Shown here: piece by piece, positions 19,701-28,802 of the stretch
How positions within the stretch are numbered: the stretch's first letter is position 1
Layout of the letters: each line of letters opens with the position of its first letter
IMG/VR virus record: IMGVR_UViG_3300020442_001467
Coordinates: 9,308-73,307 of that record
Reading direction: 5' to 3' (one strand)
Source: a virus
Length of the DNA: 64,000 nt
The notes under the pieces: generated by a model
Database searches by the model: none
Seen by the model: the letters and a program-made list of their open reading frames with translations, nothing else
What the model was told of the DNA's origin: nothing
Program-made: the position numbers and the translations under genes

Positions 19701-21877
19701 GTCAACTGTTCCTTGCCGATGTAAGTCTTGCTGGTAGAGGATATACCGAAGCACCATCTGTTGTTATCAGAGGAACTGGTGCTGGTAATAATGGCGCTGT
19801 TATCGAATCCGAGATTGAAATCGACGAACCCGCTGTAAGAATGGGTGTCGCAGTCGATCCTGAAGGTGGCATTAAATCCACCACGCCTACACGTTTCAAC
19901 TTCGAGTATCCTGTTTATCTACAAAATGATACCGAGTATGCACTCAATATTGAGTGTGATGCTGTTGAATACAAACTATGGTCTTCCAAGTTGGGAGAAG
20001 AAGATATTTCTTCTGGTCTGGTTGTCAATGCACAACCTCTCCTTGGATCTCTATTCAAGTCTCAAAACACTGCTAACTGGGAAGAAGATCTATTTGAGGA
20101 TATCAAGTTCAATCTATACAGAGCAGAATTCGATACTTCTAGACCTGGTGAACTGGTTATCAAGAACGAGGATCTGGGATACGAAAAACTAAAATCTGAT
20201 CCTTTCGAGACTTATGCTCTTGCCAACAGCACAGCAACTTCTCCTCTGTTCAAAAACAACAGCAACATCATTAAGGTATATCACAGAGATCATGGTTTCG
20301 AGACCACTGGAGATTCTAAAGTATTCTTCAGAGGACTGCCTGATTTCGCTGGATATGATGCCATCGAACTAGAGTCCACCCTATTCCAAGTTTCTAATGC
20401 AGGCATTGACTCTTACAATATCGTTGGACCATCTAGAGCATCTGATACTGGATTCTTCGGTCAAGATGCAGTTCTAGCATCTTACAATAGAAAGTACGAA
20501 AAACTCTACGCACAAATTCCTTACTTGCAAGTCAGTGGAACTTCTATTGACAGCATGGTAAAAACCACCAATGTTGTTCCTGTTGATTCCAACACTACCA
20601 ACTACACTTCATATTCTATGACAGATTATGAGACAACTTTCTTGAATGAGGAACAATACTTCCTGAATCAAAAGTTGATTGCATCTCCAATCAATGAGAG
20701 TCTCAATAATCTAGAGGGATCTTTGATGTACAAATTGACGATGAAGACCGAGAAGTCACATCTGTCTCCTGTTGTTGACTTGAGATCTGCTTCTGCAAAG
20801 ACTGTCAGCAATAGAGTAGAAAATTCTGTAGGAACAGAAGGAAGATATGGTAAGAGATATCAAGAAGTTCAATTGTTCCCTGTATACAGATTCACTATAC
20901 AAGGAAACGAGAGCGGCGGTAATCTTGTTCCTATCACCATTGATCAAAATGTCACTGGCGTAACTTCTGGTGCAGAATCTGAAGTCCTGCGTGTACGTGA
21001 TAATGACATCTTTGTTAAGATCAAAAACTCTGTAAACTTTGTCTTGGGCGAGACGCTGTACTTCAGTACCCAATCTGCTTCTGGTGGTGATCTAGATGGA
21101 ATTACTGTAGTGGTTGCAAACTCTGGAATCTTTAATGAAATTCCAGAGTTTGTAGTTGGTTCCACAGTTACTGCATTCAATCCTTCAGTAAGAACCGAAA
21201 AGTATGATAATAAAGTCAGTGGTAAAGTAGTCTTCTGGGATTCAAACACCAAGACATTAACTCTTGAAAATGATAAGAGACCTATCAATGATGACTACAC
21301 CAGTGAAATTACACTGGGTAGTGACTTTGCTAGAACTGCAACCACGAGTCTACAAACATCGGATGTCTTCAGAGTCGGTGATCTAATTGACTTTAAGAAT
21401 GCCTCTTTCGAGACATCCAAGTTTGCTGAAATTAAGGCAATGTCGTTTGGAAATGGTGTTGACTTTGTTGCAGAAAATGGTTCTGTGAATACATCTGGTG
21501 TATCCAAGTATGTAACTAAAGAGATCTCCCTAGCAAGTTCTGCTTCTTCACTGAATACTAAATTGACTGTCAATGCAACCGATGTTAATAACATCCAAGT
21601 TCTGTACAAGATCAAACCAGAAGCATCGCAACAGAAATTTGATGATATCAGTTGGACCTATTTCAATGGAGATGGTTCTTCGGATAATGATGTCATTGCT
21701 ACAGCACAGAATAGTATCTCTGGACAGTATGAATCTCAAGATGCATATCAAGAACTATCATTCACCGCGAGTGATATTCCTGACTTCGCATCCTTTGCTA
21801 TTAAGATTGTTATGAAATCTGATAATCCTTCTTATGTTCCCAAAATTCAGGACATGAGAACTGTTGCTTCTTTCTAA
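13757..21877 (+). CDS. VrlC-like (DUF4815) large virion structural protein, 2706 aa
   Basis: MPQKTNL..APYFDDY...VLYRPGYPVQGRELN, APGAHR, LARRTYDESGDY and RRYTMRDIGKLEKRIERLEYYT motifs typical of this cyanomyovirus family after gp8. Confidence 0.85.
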   Translation: MPQKTNLKAAPYFDDYDSRKDFYKVLYRPGYPVQGRELNTTQSILQNQIESYGKYAFKQGDLVVPGEVGLNKKLDFVKLSSVSEVAVNVDGELVYQKYDIDGLVGQKINGLSSGVIAIVQTVVKATENNSDTLYVKYLTAGDSGDEETFRQGETLEVVDGINSPLLVVGTDGSVLPTSVAVLNPDTNETTFVDSGAMGFGSAVQVEEGVYFVNGYFVRNDSGLIVVDGYSDNPSVKVGFKIDETLVTPEDEPSLYDNAFGSSNYAAPGAHRLQITLNLVKYQFEQTPDKNFIQLLSIKNGVIQKQVKQAAYNTLENTLARRTYDESGDYVVENFDVDIREFYQRDGNFGLYRAGVDGTVGPNGISATEAADKLIATVGAGKAYVRGFEIVNKETKYLEIDKARETLARDNVTIKSNGLASFTLTNVYNTLPLNAEGADLTAYPTIFLNAAYNDGTIGFNNLEDVTEYRQTISRRGQGFDKDDAIKTIWVQASADLGLIDDTSISDSPGAGKLDLRTLYFVQTRTDTGGVATTNTVKCLSFAKVTRPEIGDVNAQFLQLTVAGRKDLLDDFFIEYDDNVATRRRFLYTSLANVQQEVNNVGYIVDYSDSIVPVIGVAKPKDFTLVKRPEGFNQDTDIIISRGKLADGRQTYNGNFDLSYFNPVFFTRLFVDSPVTPAFAPGKYIYGTTSGAYGIVEGSSNGYMSLGRSLFVKTLYGNFLPGETINSEEGSVLRIPKNNTISHFVVQRQGTGYVAGSKINVNGTLFESADIEVGIDGGTVYKIVIKNRDAVQTEFAAPPICEVTGANTIAVGIAPVLYRDTVLTYTAQNVKSLYSEFGSNNKFSADIETTEGSLSDTRNVTESTFSGTKGYKFIECNAFGSDASLILVQGDIIQFNDDTGRVNKFTVELVTTPRGTDKSRIYLNGALPDTMTAKTVIRQRGKINNGSTSTLIFPTGSKEVGSLVKSTEDTKLTYYIRRDFVTTGSDNGGNITFAAQLDFGTQRFTQFTERDFLITVLDKGGSDLVETGDVVYVSSEFVKILNTTDATSGLSSGSITLTFPGNYFGNNVTNFPKLKLTATIEVSKGRPKLKTAIKNKRVVIQSPGDQVLPLRGLDYDSDSTEVFSYSDAFRIRYIYEGSSSAPPTVDVNGNLVVGTDLTNRFTFDDGQRDTFYDVSRIVLKPGFSPPTGQLVVAFDYFEHSQGDFCTVDSYIHEAGVVLDEIPDFNSNVHGNVSLKNVIDFRPKVDSTAIIPGYQDTSLLSQSEYINFIGPGGSVSSTPSSARNLPYTISFSESQFLDRIDGVFLTKKGEFVVKKGNASLNPSKPEIIEDGIPLYYMFIPAFTKSSKDVRITPVDNRRYTMRDIGKLEKRIERLEYYTTLSILEQQALNMQVKDTLGIDKTKSGFLVDNYETHNVGNVKSIDHLCSIDAQQSVLRPQSKEDSFTLKEVNRRDDQRNISGYTNSNGVITLPYTNVVYAQNQFATSTVNPNPFVVLQYVGDAALMPNIDQWYNSAVAPLVTENNTNLFSVFLAKQDARVAFSSIYNSFVINWVGVNKTFYNLKSFAENNGRSAESTVSSAAIGSSSNVSPQNNEIAKGVGYKTVNGTNVSNALKFYARSVPVKYVVRRMKPKTKLHVFMEGRDISRWINPDSRFTGIAGNSSTTFGSGITTDQYGNASGIILVPSGYAPRENSFWTGNIDTMLYDDTSEEVYFSTGIKTIRFTSSSTDAPITDVNGVSSFAEVKFYATGILPENPASIISTAPAFFKANEGVQEIDSNTENKERPNPMAQTFKVESFEGGMFATGVDLFFSEKSATVPLRVYLSNVEADKPGKYILPGSIRTLYPDTFLKVYSSGNITIQQGEDVTGNRSLAKGPIAKVLDRNNFEVTPSSNGEISLTNEQTYTFILNNHNGRDFLQNEDLTIGTVTAYNNANNATVGLKIAKDSGRVSKLNITNLGSGYESATITIESPQLPGGSNATGSVKVSSGQLFLADVSLAGRGYTEAPSVVIRGTGAGNNGAVIESEIEIDEPAVRMGVAVDPEGGIKSTTPTRFNFEYPVYLQNDTEYALNIECDAVEYKLWSSKLGEEDISSGLVVNAQPLLGSLFKSQNTANWEEDLFEDIKFNLYRAEFDTSRPGELVIKNEDLGYEKLKSDPFETYALANSTATSPLFKNNSNIIKVYHRDHGFETTGDSKVFFRGLPDFAGYDAIELESTLFQVSNAGIDSYNIVGPSRASDTGFFGQDAVLASYNRKYEKLYAQIPYLQVSGTSIDSMVKTTNVVPVDSNTTNYTSYSMTDYETTFLNEEQYFLNQKLIASPINESLNNLEGSLMYKLTMKTEKSHLSPVVDLRSASAKTVSNRVENSVGTEGRYGKRYQEVQLFPVYRFTIQGNESGGNLVPITIDQNVTGVTSGAESEVLRVRDNDIFVKIKNSVNFVLGETLYFSTQSASGGDLDGITVVVANSGIFNEIPEFVVGSTVTAFNPSVRTEKYDNKVSGKVVFWDSNTKTLTLENDKRPINDDYTSEITLGSDFARTATTSLQTSDVFRVGDLIDFKNASFETSKFAEIKAMSFGNGVDFVAENGSVNTSGVSKYVTKEISLASSASSLNTKLTVNATDVNNIQVLYKIKPEASQQKFDDISWTYFNGDGSSDNDVIATAQNSISGQYESQDAYQELSFTASDIPDFASFAIKIVMKSDNPSYVPKIQDMRTVASF

Positions 21878-21878
21878 T

Positions 21879-22076
21879 ATGAAACTATCTGAATACCTAC
21901 AAGTCGAAGGTCAAGAAGGACTTGTACGAGACATGAATACGGGTGCCATTATTAACACGGCACCCAAACCAAAAAAGAGACTCGCAGAAGAGTTCAAGAA
22001 TGTGCAGGATGATCTAAATACTTTGAAGGAAGAAATGTCCGAAATCAAGTCCCTCCTTAAGCAGTTAATCAAATGA
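21879..22076 (+). CDS. small coiled-coil hypothetical protein
   Basis: VEGQEGLVRDMNTGAIIN followed by a heptad C-terminus; ATG at 21879 just after the upstream stop. Confidence 0.75.
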   Translation: MKLSEYLQVEGQEGLVRDMNTGAIINTAPKPKKRLAEEFKNVQDDLNTLKEEMSEIKSLLKQLIK

Positions 22077-24379
22077 CACTACGTAACGTACCAAAGGCGC
22101 ATACGCTGGAACAGCAGCGTCAAGAGATTAACTTAATTGCATCTGACCTAGACACAGCAGTCGATGGTACAAAAACATTTGGCGGGAGTAAAACATTTTC
22201 TAGTGATGTAACATTCCAAAGCACTGTAGCATTCGACGGCATTGCAACATTCAATAGCAGTCCTACTTTTTCTGATAATATAGTAGCAAACTTCGGTGAT
22301 GATGCCGACCTAAAAATTTACTATGATGGTTCAGCGGGTGTCCTGACATCATTTATTGATTCTGATGCTTTACAGATGAGATCAGAATCTGATACTAGTG
22401 AATTGTATGCCACATTCCTGAAGGATGGACCTGTTGAGCTATACTACGACGGTGCTAAAAAATTCGGAACTAACCTTACAGGTGCGACAGTTTTAGGAAA
22501 TCTTGAAATTGATGACGAGATCCATTCTGCATCTGGTCTTATAACATTAAAAGTTGCTGATGAGATAACTCCTGGCAACATGATCACCGCAGCAATTTTT
22601 GGTGGTGCAATATATGCACCATATGGTTTTCAGTCTCATAATGCTAATGATGAGGGTATCAGTGAGACATCTACTACTTCTGGATTTAATGTAACCAGCG
22701 GTGGACAGATTTATATTTCCACTGGTGGATCAAGTGCTCTCTGGAAAGGAAAACAAACTGGAGCTACAACTGTCACATCAGAAATCAATGCTCAAGGTAA
22801 TGCTAGATTTGATGGAACTGGCACTTTTGGAGGCGATGTTTTTATTGGAGGATCCGCAAGTTTTGCTAACAATGCTGTCACCGTCAAAGACGATGGATAT
22901 GTATTCATAAACCGAACATCAGGACAAGGGTTAATCATTCAACAAAATGGAGACGGATCGTCATCTGATAATAAAATTACTTTAGGTGTTGACGGATCTG
23001 CTACATTTGCTGGAACTATCGATGCGGCAGGAATTACAGTTAGTGGATCCGCAATTCAGACTGCCGTTGCAACCACGTCTACTGTCGGTACTGTACAACC
23101 AGATGGCACAACTATCGCTATTGATGGCAATGGTGTTATCAGCGTAGCGGGTGGTGGCGATCCATTCACTGCTAACGGATTCAAGTTTGGTGTCAATGAA
23201 GGATCTGGTCCATCAGGAACTCTGGGCGAATTAAGACAGATTGGAGGCAGACCACATTTCTATGATGGATCTGCATGGCAAGAGTTTATTCTTGGTAGCA
23301 CTCAACAGGTTACAATCCCAGCGGAAACTGATTGGGACAAAGTGCTCATTAGATCCACTTTCGATAGTGATTTTAATGATGTAAAATTTAGTGTCGTTGG
23401 TAATGTTAATTACGATAACAGTGTAGTTGATGCTACTTTGGTTGGAGCTCCAGTTAAAGTGGGAACCAATTCAATGAAATCCAATGGAGACGGTGTTTTA
23501 TATCCCCATAGATCTGATTATGATTTCACTGGAACATGGACCATTGAATTTTGGATTTATTTTGATAGTGATGGTGGTCTTTCTTCTAACACCAACAATG
23601 GACAGCAAGATATTATTTCAAAAGCTAATACAAATTTTGATGCTGGATCTTGGGCAATTATTACGACAAAAGATCAATATGCAAATAGAAGTTGGAAATT
23701 TAAATATTATGATGTAGTTGCTCAACAAACCTATTATAAATTTCTAGTTAATGATGCTGGGGTTACGTGGAATTCAAAGTACAATCAACAGTGGGTTCAT
23801 GTGGCTATCACACACGAAAGTGATGGATCACTTCATCTATACGAGAATGGTGTTGAGTCAGGCAGCACTAATTCTGGTCAGTCAGTTGTTAATGATATTA
23901 ATAACAACAGTCATGATATCATATTTGGTGGTGGTCATCTGACCCGTTCAAACATGTTTGATGGATTTATTGATGATCTTCGTGTCACTAAAGATGTTAG
24001 ATATACTGGTAATGGCACTGCAAATACACAATCTTTCACACCACCAACCACACAACATCCTATCAGTGGCACCACAACAACATTCACACCACCCCCAACC
24101 AGCAAAGCTGGTGAGATTACGCTAGGCGCATCTCCTACGTGGACTGGAACAGCAGGAGTAACAGTTTCGCAGCAATCCACTGGCAACTATCGCATGACCT
24201 TCACGAATCCATTTACCAATGCCACTGACTACTATGTCTTTACCAACCATATGGATGGTTCTGAAGCAATGCTTGTAACATCTGTTAGATCTACTGGACA
24301 TATAGATTTTTCAGTAAAGAATGTATCTGGTTCATTTATTGACACTGGGTCTATCGCTGTCCAAGTTATTGCACACTGA
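22073..24379 (+). CDS. tail fibre-like protein with concanavalin A/LamG-like domain
   Basis: FGDDADLKIYYDG and DGPVELYYDG fibre repeats; WTIEFW...WVHVAITH...LYENG...FDGFIDDLRVTK LamG signature. Confidence 0.75.
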   Translation: MTLRNVPKAHTLEQQRQEINLIASDLDTAVDGTKTFGGSKTFSSDVTFQSTVAFDGIATFNSSPTFSDNIVANFGDDADLKIYYDGSAGVLTSFIDSDALQMRSESDTSELYATFLKDGPVELYYDGAKKFGTNLTGATVLGNLEIDDEIHSASGLITLKVADEITPGNMITAAIFGGAIYAPYGFQSHNANDEGISETSTTSGFNVTSGGQIYISTGGSSALWKGKQTGATTVTSEINAQGNARFDGTGTFGGDVFIGGSASFANNAVTVKDDGYVFINRTSGQGLIIQQNGDGSSSDNKITLGVDGSATFAGTIDAAGITVSGSAIQTAVATTSTVGTVQPDGTTIAIDGNGVISVAGGGDPFTANGFKFGVNEGSGPSGTLGELRQIGGRPHFYDGSAWQEFILGSTQQVTIPAETDWDKVLIRSTFDSDFNDVKFSVVGNVNYDNSVVDATLVGAPVKVGTNSMKSNGDGVLYPHRSDYDFTGTWTIEFWIYFDSDGGLSSNTNNGQQDIISKANTNFDAGSWAIITTKDQYANRSWKFKYYDVVAQQTYYKFLVNDAGVTWNSKYNQQWVHVAITHESDGSLHLYENGVESGSTNSGQSVVNDINNNSHDIIFGGGHLTRSNMFDGFIDDLRVTKDVRYTGNGTANTQSFTPPTTQHPISGTTTTFTPPPTSKAGEITLGASPTWTGTAGVTVSQQSTGNYRMTFTNPFTNATDYYVFTNHMDGSEAMLVTSVRSTGHIDFSVKNVSGSFIDTGSIAVQVIAH

Positions 24380-24385
24380 TAAATA
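24378..24385 (+). promoter_or_regulatory. late promoter variant (GATAAATA)
   Basis: ATAAATA core ~27 nt upstream of the next ATG. Confidence 0.55.
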
Positions 24386-24411
24386 CTAAAATAGAGGAAT
24401 AGTCTGGTATC

Positions 24412-25848
24412 ATGCCATTAAGAAACGTACCAATTACATATACCCTTGATCAACAGCGCCAGGAGATCAATGCTCTTGCTGCTGATGTAAACGGGTTAGA
24501 CGTTACCTTTGACGAGAAGGTGGATGATAGGGTTGCTGCCCTATTACAAGGTGGTGTGGGAACAGCGGTCACTTATGATGACGCCAACGGATCGTTAACA
24601 ATCGATCTAGCATTCAACGAGTTTTCCACATCTTCGGTTCTGGAAGGCACCAACCTCTACTTCACAGATGCCAGAGCGAATGCTGCTATTGACGCGAGAG
24701 TAAACCAGACATTTGTCAATAACCTGAATATCACAAATCTTGGTCCCCAAGATTCTATTACTCTATCTCTAGGTCAAACAACCAAGTATCTAACTCCTCT
24801 AAACTACAACAACGTATCGTGGGACACTGCCTATGGATGGGGTGATCATGGTGCTGTTGGATATCTAACGAGTTACACAGAGAGTTCTACACTAAACGAT
24901 GTAGTTGGACGAGGAGACACAACTGCCTCTAGTATTACTGTTGGTGGAGTGACTACAAACAGCGTCACCACAGCAACAGCATCAGCAAACTTGACATTGA
25001 CTGGAAACAATGTAGTTGTTCCATCTAACACCAGATTTGGTACTATTGCTACTGCACTGGCAAATGACTATGGTGTGCTTGTCGATAAAGATGGCGAAAT
25101 TGTAATTAACCACGCACCAGGTTCTGGCGGTTTAACACTCAAGTCCAGTGGCAACACTACATTCAATATCGACGGCACTGGAAAAATTAATGGTGTTGTT
25201 AAGTTTGTAACTTCTGATGGCACCCCTGGGCAATCTCTAACCACTGACGGAAATGGTCAACTGTATTGGGGTGAAGGTGGTGGTGCTAATGTCGAAGTAG
25301 GTGACAACCCACCATCCAATGCCACCAGTGGAGATATGTGGTGGGAGAGTGATTCTGGTCGATTGAAAGTTTATTATGACAATGGAGCAAACCCAGCAGC
25401 ATGGGTTGATGCATCTCCTCCTCTCGTAGTAGATTCTCCAAACTCGGCATTTAGAAATGCTGTTGGCGACTGTGATGCATCGTTTACTTTGGGTGGATCT
25501 GGAACATTGTTCACTGATGACAATGGAACGTTTAACGCGGGTATTACTGTATCAAACTTTAGCAGAGTTAGAATTAGCATTCTGTTTGGTAAACTGAATG
25601 GTACTAACAATACCAGTGGACTTATTGCTCTCGAAAGAAGTGACGGATCTACACTGACAGAAATCTGTACAGTCGCTACAACAGATCCAAATATTACTGG
25701 TATAACTCCACTTTACTTCGAGTTTGTTGACGAGCATGGTGGAACTACTGGCGACATCATGACATATCAAATTAGATTGAAGTCCCTGACTGCATCTGGA
25801 AGTAGAACTGGTACTGAAACGTGTCAGTTATATGTTCAAGAAATTTGA
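24412..25848 (+). CDS. fibre/virion structural protein
   Basis: EGTNLYFTDARA, WDTAYGWGDH and PPSNATSGDMWWESDSGRLKVYY fibre motifs; N-terminus shared with the 22073 ORF. Confidence 0.75.
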   Translation: MPLRNVPITYTLDQQRQEINALAADVNGLDVTFDEKVDDRVAALLQGGVGTAVTYDDANGSLTIDLAFNEFSTSSVLEGTNLYFTDARANAAIDARVNQTFVNNLNITNLGPQDSITLSLGQTTKYLTPLNYNNVSWDTAYGWGDHGAVGYLTSYTESSTLNDVVGRGDTTASSITVGGVTTNSVTTATASANLTLTGNNVVVPSNTRFGTIATALANDYGVLVDKDGEIVINHAPGSGGLTLKSSGNTTFNIDGTGKINGVVKFVTSDGTPGQSLTTDGNGQLYWGEGGGANVEVGDNPPSNATSGDMWWESDSGRLKVYYDNGANPAAWVDASPPLVVDSPNSAFRNAVGDCDASFTLGGSGTLFTDDNGTFNAGITVSNFSRVRISILFGKLNGTNNTSGLIALERSDGSTLTEICTVATTDPNITGITPLYFEFVDEHGGTTGDIMTYQIRLKSLTASGSRTGTETCQLYVQEI

Positions 25849-25856
25849 AATAAATA
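25849..25856 (+). promoter_or_regulatory. late promoter variant (AATAAATA)
   Basis: ATAAATA core ~24 nt upstream of ATG 25880. Confidence 0.55.
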
Positions 25857-25879
25857 ACTAAACGGAGAGATCTTAAGAA

Positions 25880-26521
25880 ATGGCAATTCTATTCCCAGAT
25901 ACCGCTGGACAAGCTACAGACGGTTCATTTACACATACCGAGGGTGGTCTTACTTGGATCTGGAATGGTAGCAGCTGGAAATCCAGTGGTGGAACCCTTG
26001 ATACATATCAACTACCAACTGCAAGCACAACTGTATTGGGTGGTGTAAAAGTAGATGGATCTACGGTCACTATCTCCAACGGTGTAATTAGCTCCGCTGG
26101 TGGCGGCGGTGGCGGTGGAGGTGGTGGCACCAGTCTTGGAACGAGACAAGACTTTAATGCCTCTACTACTTCCACACATGCCAATGATGTTGACGAGAGT
26201 ATTGTTATTACAGCATACAAGTCATATGCACTACTGAAGTTAAATGTATCTCACCCAGCATGGGTAAGAATTTACCCCACATCTGCTGCTCGTGCAGCGG
26301 ATGCATCTAGAACTATTTCTGAAGATCCCACCCCTGGTTCTGGCGTAATTGCAGAAGCTATTACAACAGGAACCAATGAAGATGTTCTCTTCACTCCTGC
26401 TTTGATTGGATTTAACGATGATGCTACGCCATCAACAAACGTTTATCTAGCAGTTATGAACAAGTCTGGAGGGCAACAAACCATCACTGTTGAAATGACT
26501 GTACTCCAACTAGAGGCATAA
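25880..26521 (+). CDS. fibre-associated structural protein with poly-Gly linker
   Basis: TWIWNGSSW and LPTASTTVLGGVKVDG fibre motifs; Gly10 linker at 26099-26128. Confidence 0.7.
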   Translation: MAILFPDTAGQATDGSFTHTEGGLTWIWNGSSWKSSGGTLDTYQLPTASTTVLGGVKVDGSTVTISNGVISSAGGGGGGGGGGTSLGTRQDFNASTTSTHANDVDESIVITAYKSYALLKLNVSHPAWVRIYPTSAARAADASRTISEDPTPGSGVIAEAITTGTNEDVLFTPALIGFNDDATPSTNVYLAVMNKSGGQQTITVEMTVLQLEA

Positions 26522-26522
26522 A

Positions 26523-28778
26523 ATGGAACTAGGCGGTTCAGCGGTATTAGTAGATGTAGTTCTTGTCGAAGGAACTGACAAGCAAGCATTTGTAGATAGT
26601 TTTGATGAGAATAAAGCAGAGTGGTGGAATATGCTTCCATCTATGCCTACCTTGCTTGTTATGCTTGTCGAAGGAGATTTCGTTGAGACTCTAGGAGCAG
26701 ACCCAAGAGTTGTTTCTGCAACTGAAGTTCCACAATCATTTCCATGTACTCTCCCAGATAAGGAGAGCATGACAAAAAGATTTACTTCTTCCACGAGTTC
26801 ATCTTACAGAGCAGCATCTGGACTAGGAGAAGATAATTCTGGTCTTCAGTTTTACTTGGACACAGAACATATCGTTGCTACAGATCCTGGTGGAGAAATT
26901 CAAAAAATTGGTAGAGAAGTTGGTAGCACTAATGGTGACGACGCATACTTTGTTGATGGCACTTATACTTCTAGATGGACTGGAAAGAACGTCGATATCG
27001 TCACATTAGAATCTGGTAGTGGTGGAGACTGGTCTACTCACCAAGGTTTGCATGATGTACACCCAGACTTCCAAAAGTTACCAAGCGAAGATGACTCTCA
27101 TGCGAGAGTAGATCCTTATTGGTATCAGTGTACAGCACACCCCAATATGAAAAACACCATCACAGTTAATCCTGCTGATGGAACTAGAGAAGAATATAAC
27201 ATTGCTGTAAGTTTTGGTGGTTCTGGCATCTACACTTTAAGTGGATCAGATAGAAATGGAACTGTTAATGGAAGCAATCCTCCACTAGTATTTCAGGAAG
27301 GGGATATTGTTACCTTCAGCGTATCTGCTTCTGGACACCCATTTGTAATCAGACTTGCTGATGGTGGATTAAACGTAACTGATGGCAGTGTAGATAATCA
27401 AGGAGACGATTCTGGAGATGTTGTCTGGACTTTAAGAACATCATCTAGATTCATTCCAACGGATTGGCCAGATCTAGAAGCAGCTGCTAACAACCAAGTA
27501 ACATCTCAAGATGGTGGCAACAGTGGATTGACTAATCATGGCATTGGTGTATTGAGTGTTTCTGGTGGTACTATTTGTGGATTTGCAAAGAAAGCAAATC
27601 TCTATGCAATGTACCTAGTTACTGGTGACAGTCCAACGGAGTGTATTCAAGCATTGATTGATTGGCATAATGCCAAACCAAATAATCCAGAAACTGGAGA
27701 GAAAAACCCCACTATCATGATTGCAGAATATCAGTATCTGCAAGACAGGAAACGTGCAATTCCAGTAGATTATGTTGACAGTATTGTCACGCCAAATGGA
27801 ACTGTCAATAGACCTGCTGGTGGTTCTTGGGGATCTGATCTATCAGATTTCGTGAGGGCAAACATTATCCCATTCAAAGTCTACGATGCAACTAACGGCA
27901 CCAGATGGTGTGTCGTGATGCCTACCCAGTATACATATAGTTCTTTACACACAGCACTAGAAACTGCTTGGAATAGTGGTATCGTCTGTGTTAATGCCGC
28001 TGGTAATAATGGTGGAACATATACAAAGAGAGACGATTCTCAAGATGTATACATCACTGTAGATGAACCAACGCCATATGACATCACATTCATCAGCTAT
28101 GGAAGTAATAATAGTGCTTCTACTTCCAGCAGCACTTCTTGGTATCCTCACATAGCATATGGTCCACATGGAACTAATAACAATATTGATGTAGCAGCAG
28201 GATACAACTCGGAAGCAATGCCTGGTTGGGATGGATATTCAAACCGTGGACCTGGCATTACTGTTACTGGACTTGGAGCGAACACTTACAGCGCATATCA
28301 AAGTTCAACATATGGATCCCACAAGTGGGGTATGTTCTCTGGAACAAGTTGTGCAACACCAACTGTTGTAGGAAAAGTTGCCTGCCTGATGGAGAAGTAT
28401 CAACACTATAACGGAACTTGGCCATCACCAAGCGTAACCAAGCAATTATTGGTTAGGGCAGCAAAGAATGTACTACGTAGTATCCCTTCAGGCGGAACCA
28501 GTTTCTCTTGGACTAATGTTCCTAGTGCTGGGGGCGCATCTCTATCCAACGCAATTTCTTTTGGAAACTGCTCCATTACAAATGGTAGTGGGAATGGCGG
28601 ATATAAGTATACAGAGGCAGCAGGAACACCTGGACTACGAGCATTCTTTGACGAACCAGACTTCTCTGGTCATAAATTAAAACTTAAAGGTAGAAGACCA
28701 GTTCAGGGAGCAACATACCCCAGAACACCTAATTCCATTGGAAGAACATCCATAACCTACCCAGAATTGATCGTCTAA
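26523..28778 (+). CDS. subtilisin-like (S8) serine peptidase with cupredoxin-like insertion
   Basis: TNHGIGV (His), NAAGNN (oxyanion Asn), YSNRGPG and FSGTSCATP (Ser) motifs; the usual D[ST]G position reads ESG. Confidence 0.75.
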   Translation: MELGGSAVLVDVVLVEGTDKQAFVDSFDENKAEWWNMLPSMPTLLVMLVEGDFVETLGADPRVVSATEVPQSFPCTLPDKESMTKRFTSSTSSSYRAASGLGEDNSGLQFYLDTEHIVATDPGGEIQKIGREVGSTNGDDAYFVDGTYTSRWTGKNVDIVTLESGSGGDWSTHQGLHDVHPDFQKLPSEDDSHARVDPYWYQCTAHPNMKNTITVNPADGTREEYNIAVSFGGSGIYTLSGSDRNGTVNGSNPPLVFQEGDIVTFSVSASGHPFVIRLADGGLNVTDGSVDNQGDDSGDVVWTLRTSSRFIPTDWPDLEAAANNQVTSQDGGNSGLTNHGIGVLSVSGGTICGFAKKANLYAMYLVTGDSPTECIQALIDWHNAKPNNPETGEKNPTIMIAEYQYLQDRKRAIPVDYVDSIVTPNGTVNRPAGGSWGSDLSDFVRANIIPFKVYDATNGTRWCVVMPTQYTYSSLHTALETAWNSGIVCVNAAGNNGGTYTKRDDSQDVYITVDEPTPYDITFISYGSNNSASTSSSTSWYPHIAYGPHGTNNNIDVAAGYNSEAMPGWDGYSNRGPGITVTGLGANTYSAYQSSTYGSHKWGMFSGTSCATPTVVGKVACLMEKYQHYNGTWPSPSVTKQLLVRAAKNVLRSIPSGGTSFSWTNVPSAGGASLSNAISFGNCSITNGSGNGGYKYTEAAGTPGLRAFFDEPDFSGHKLKLKGRRPVQGATYPRTPNSIGRTSITYPELIV

Positions 28779-28802
28779 ATATAGATACTTGTTATACTCA
28801 AT

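Noticed and set aside
26099-26128. GGN x10 tract as a contingency or phase-variation locus
   Set aside because: Mixed Gly codons in frame; simply a flexible linker
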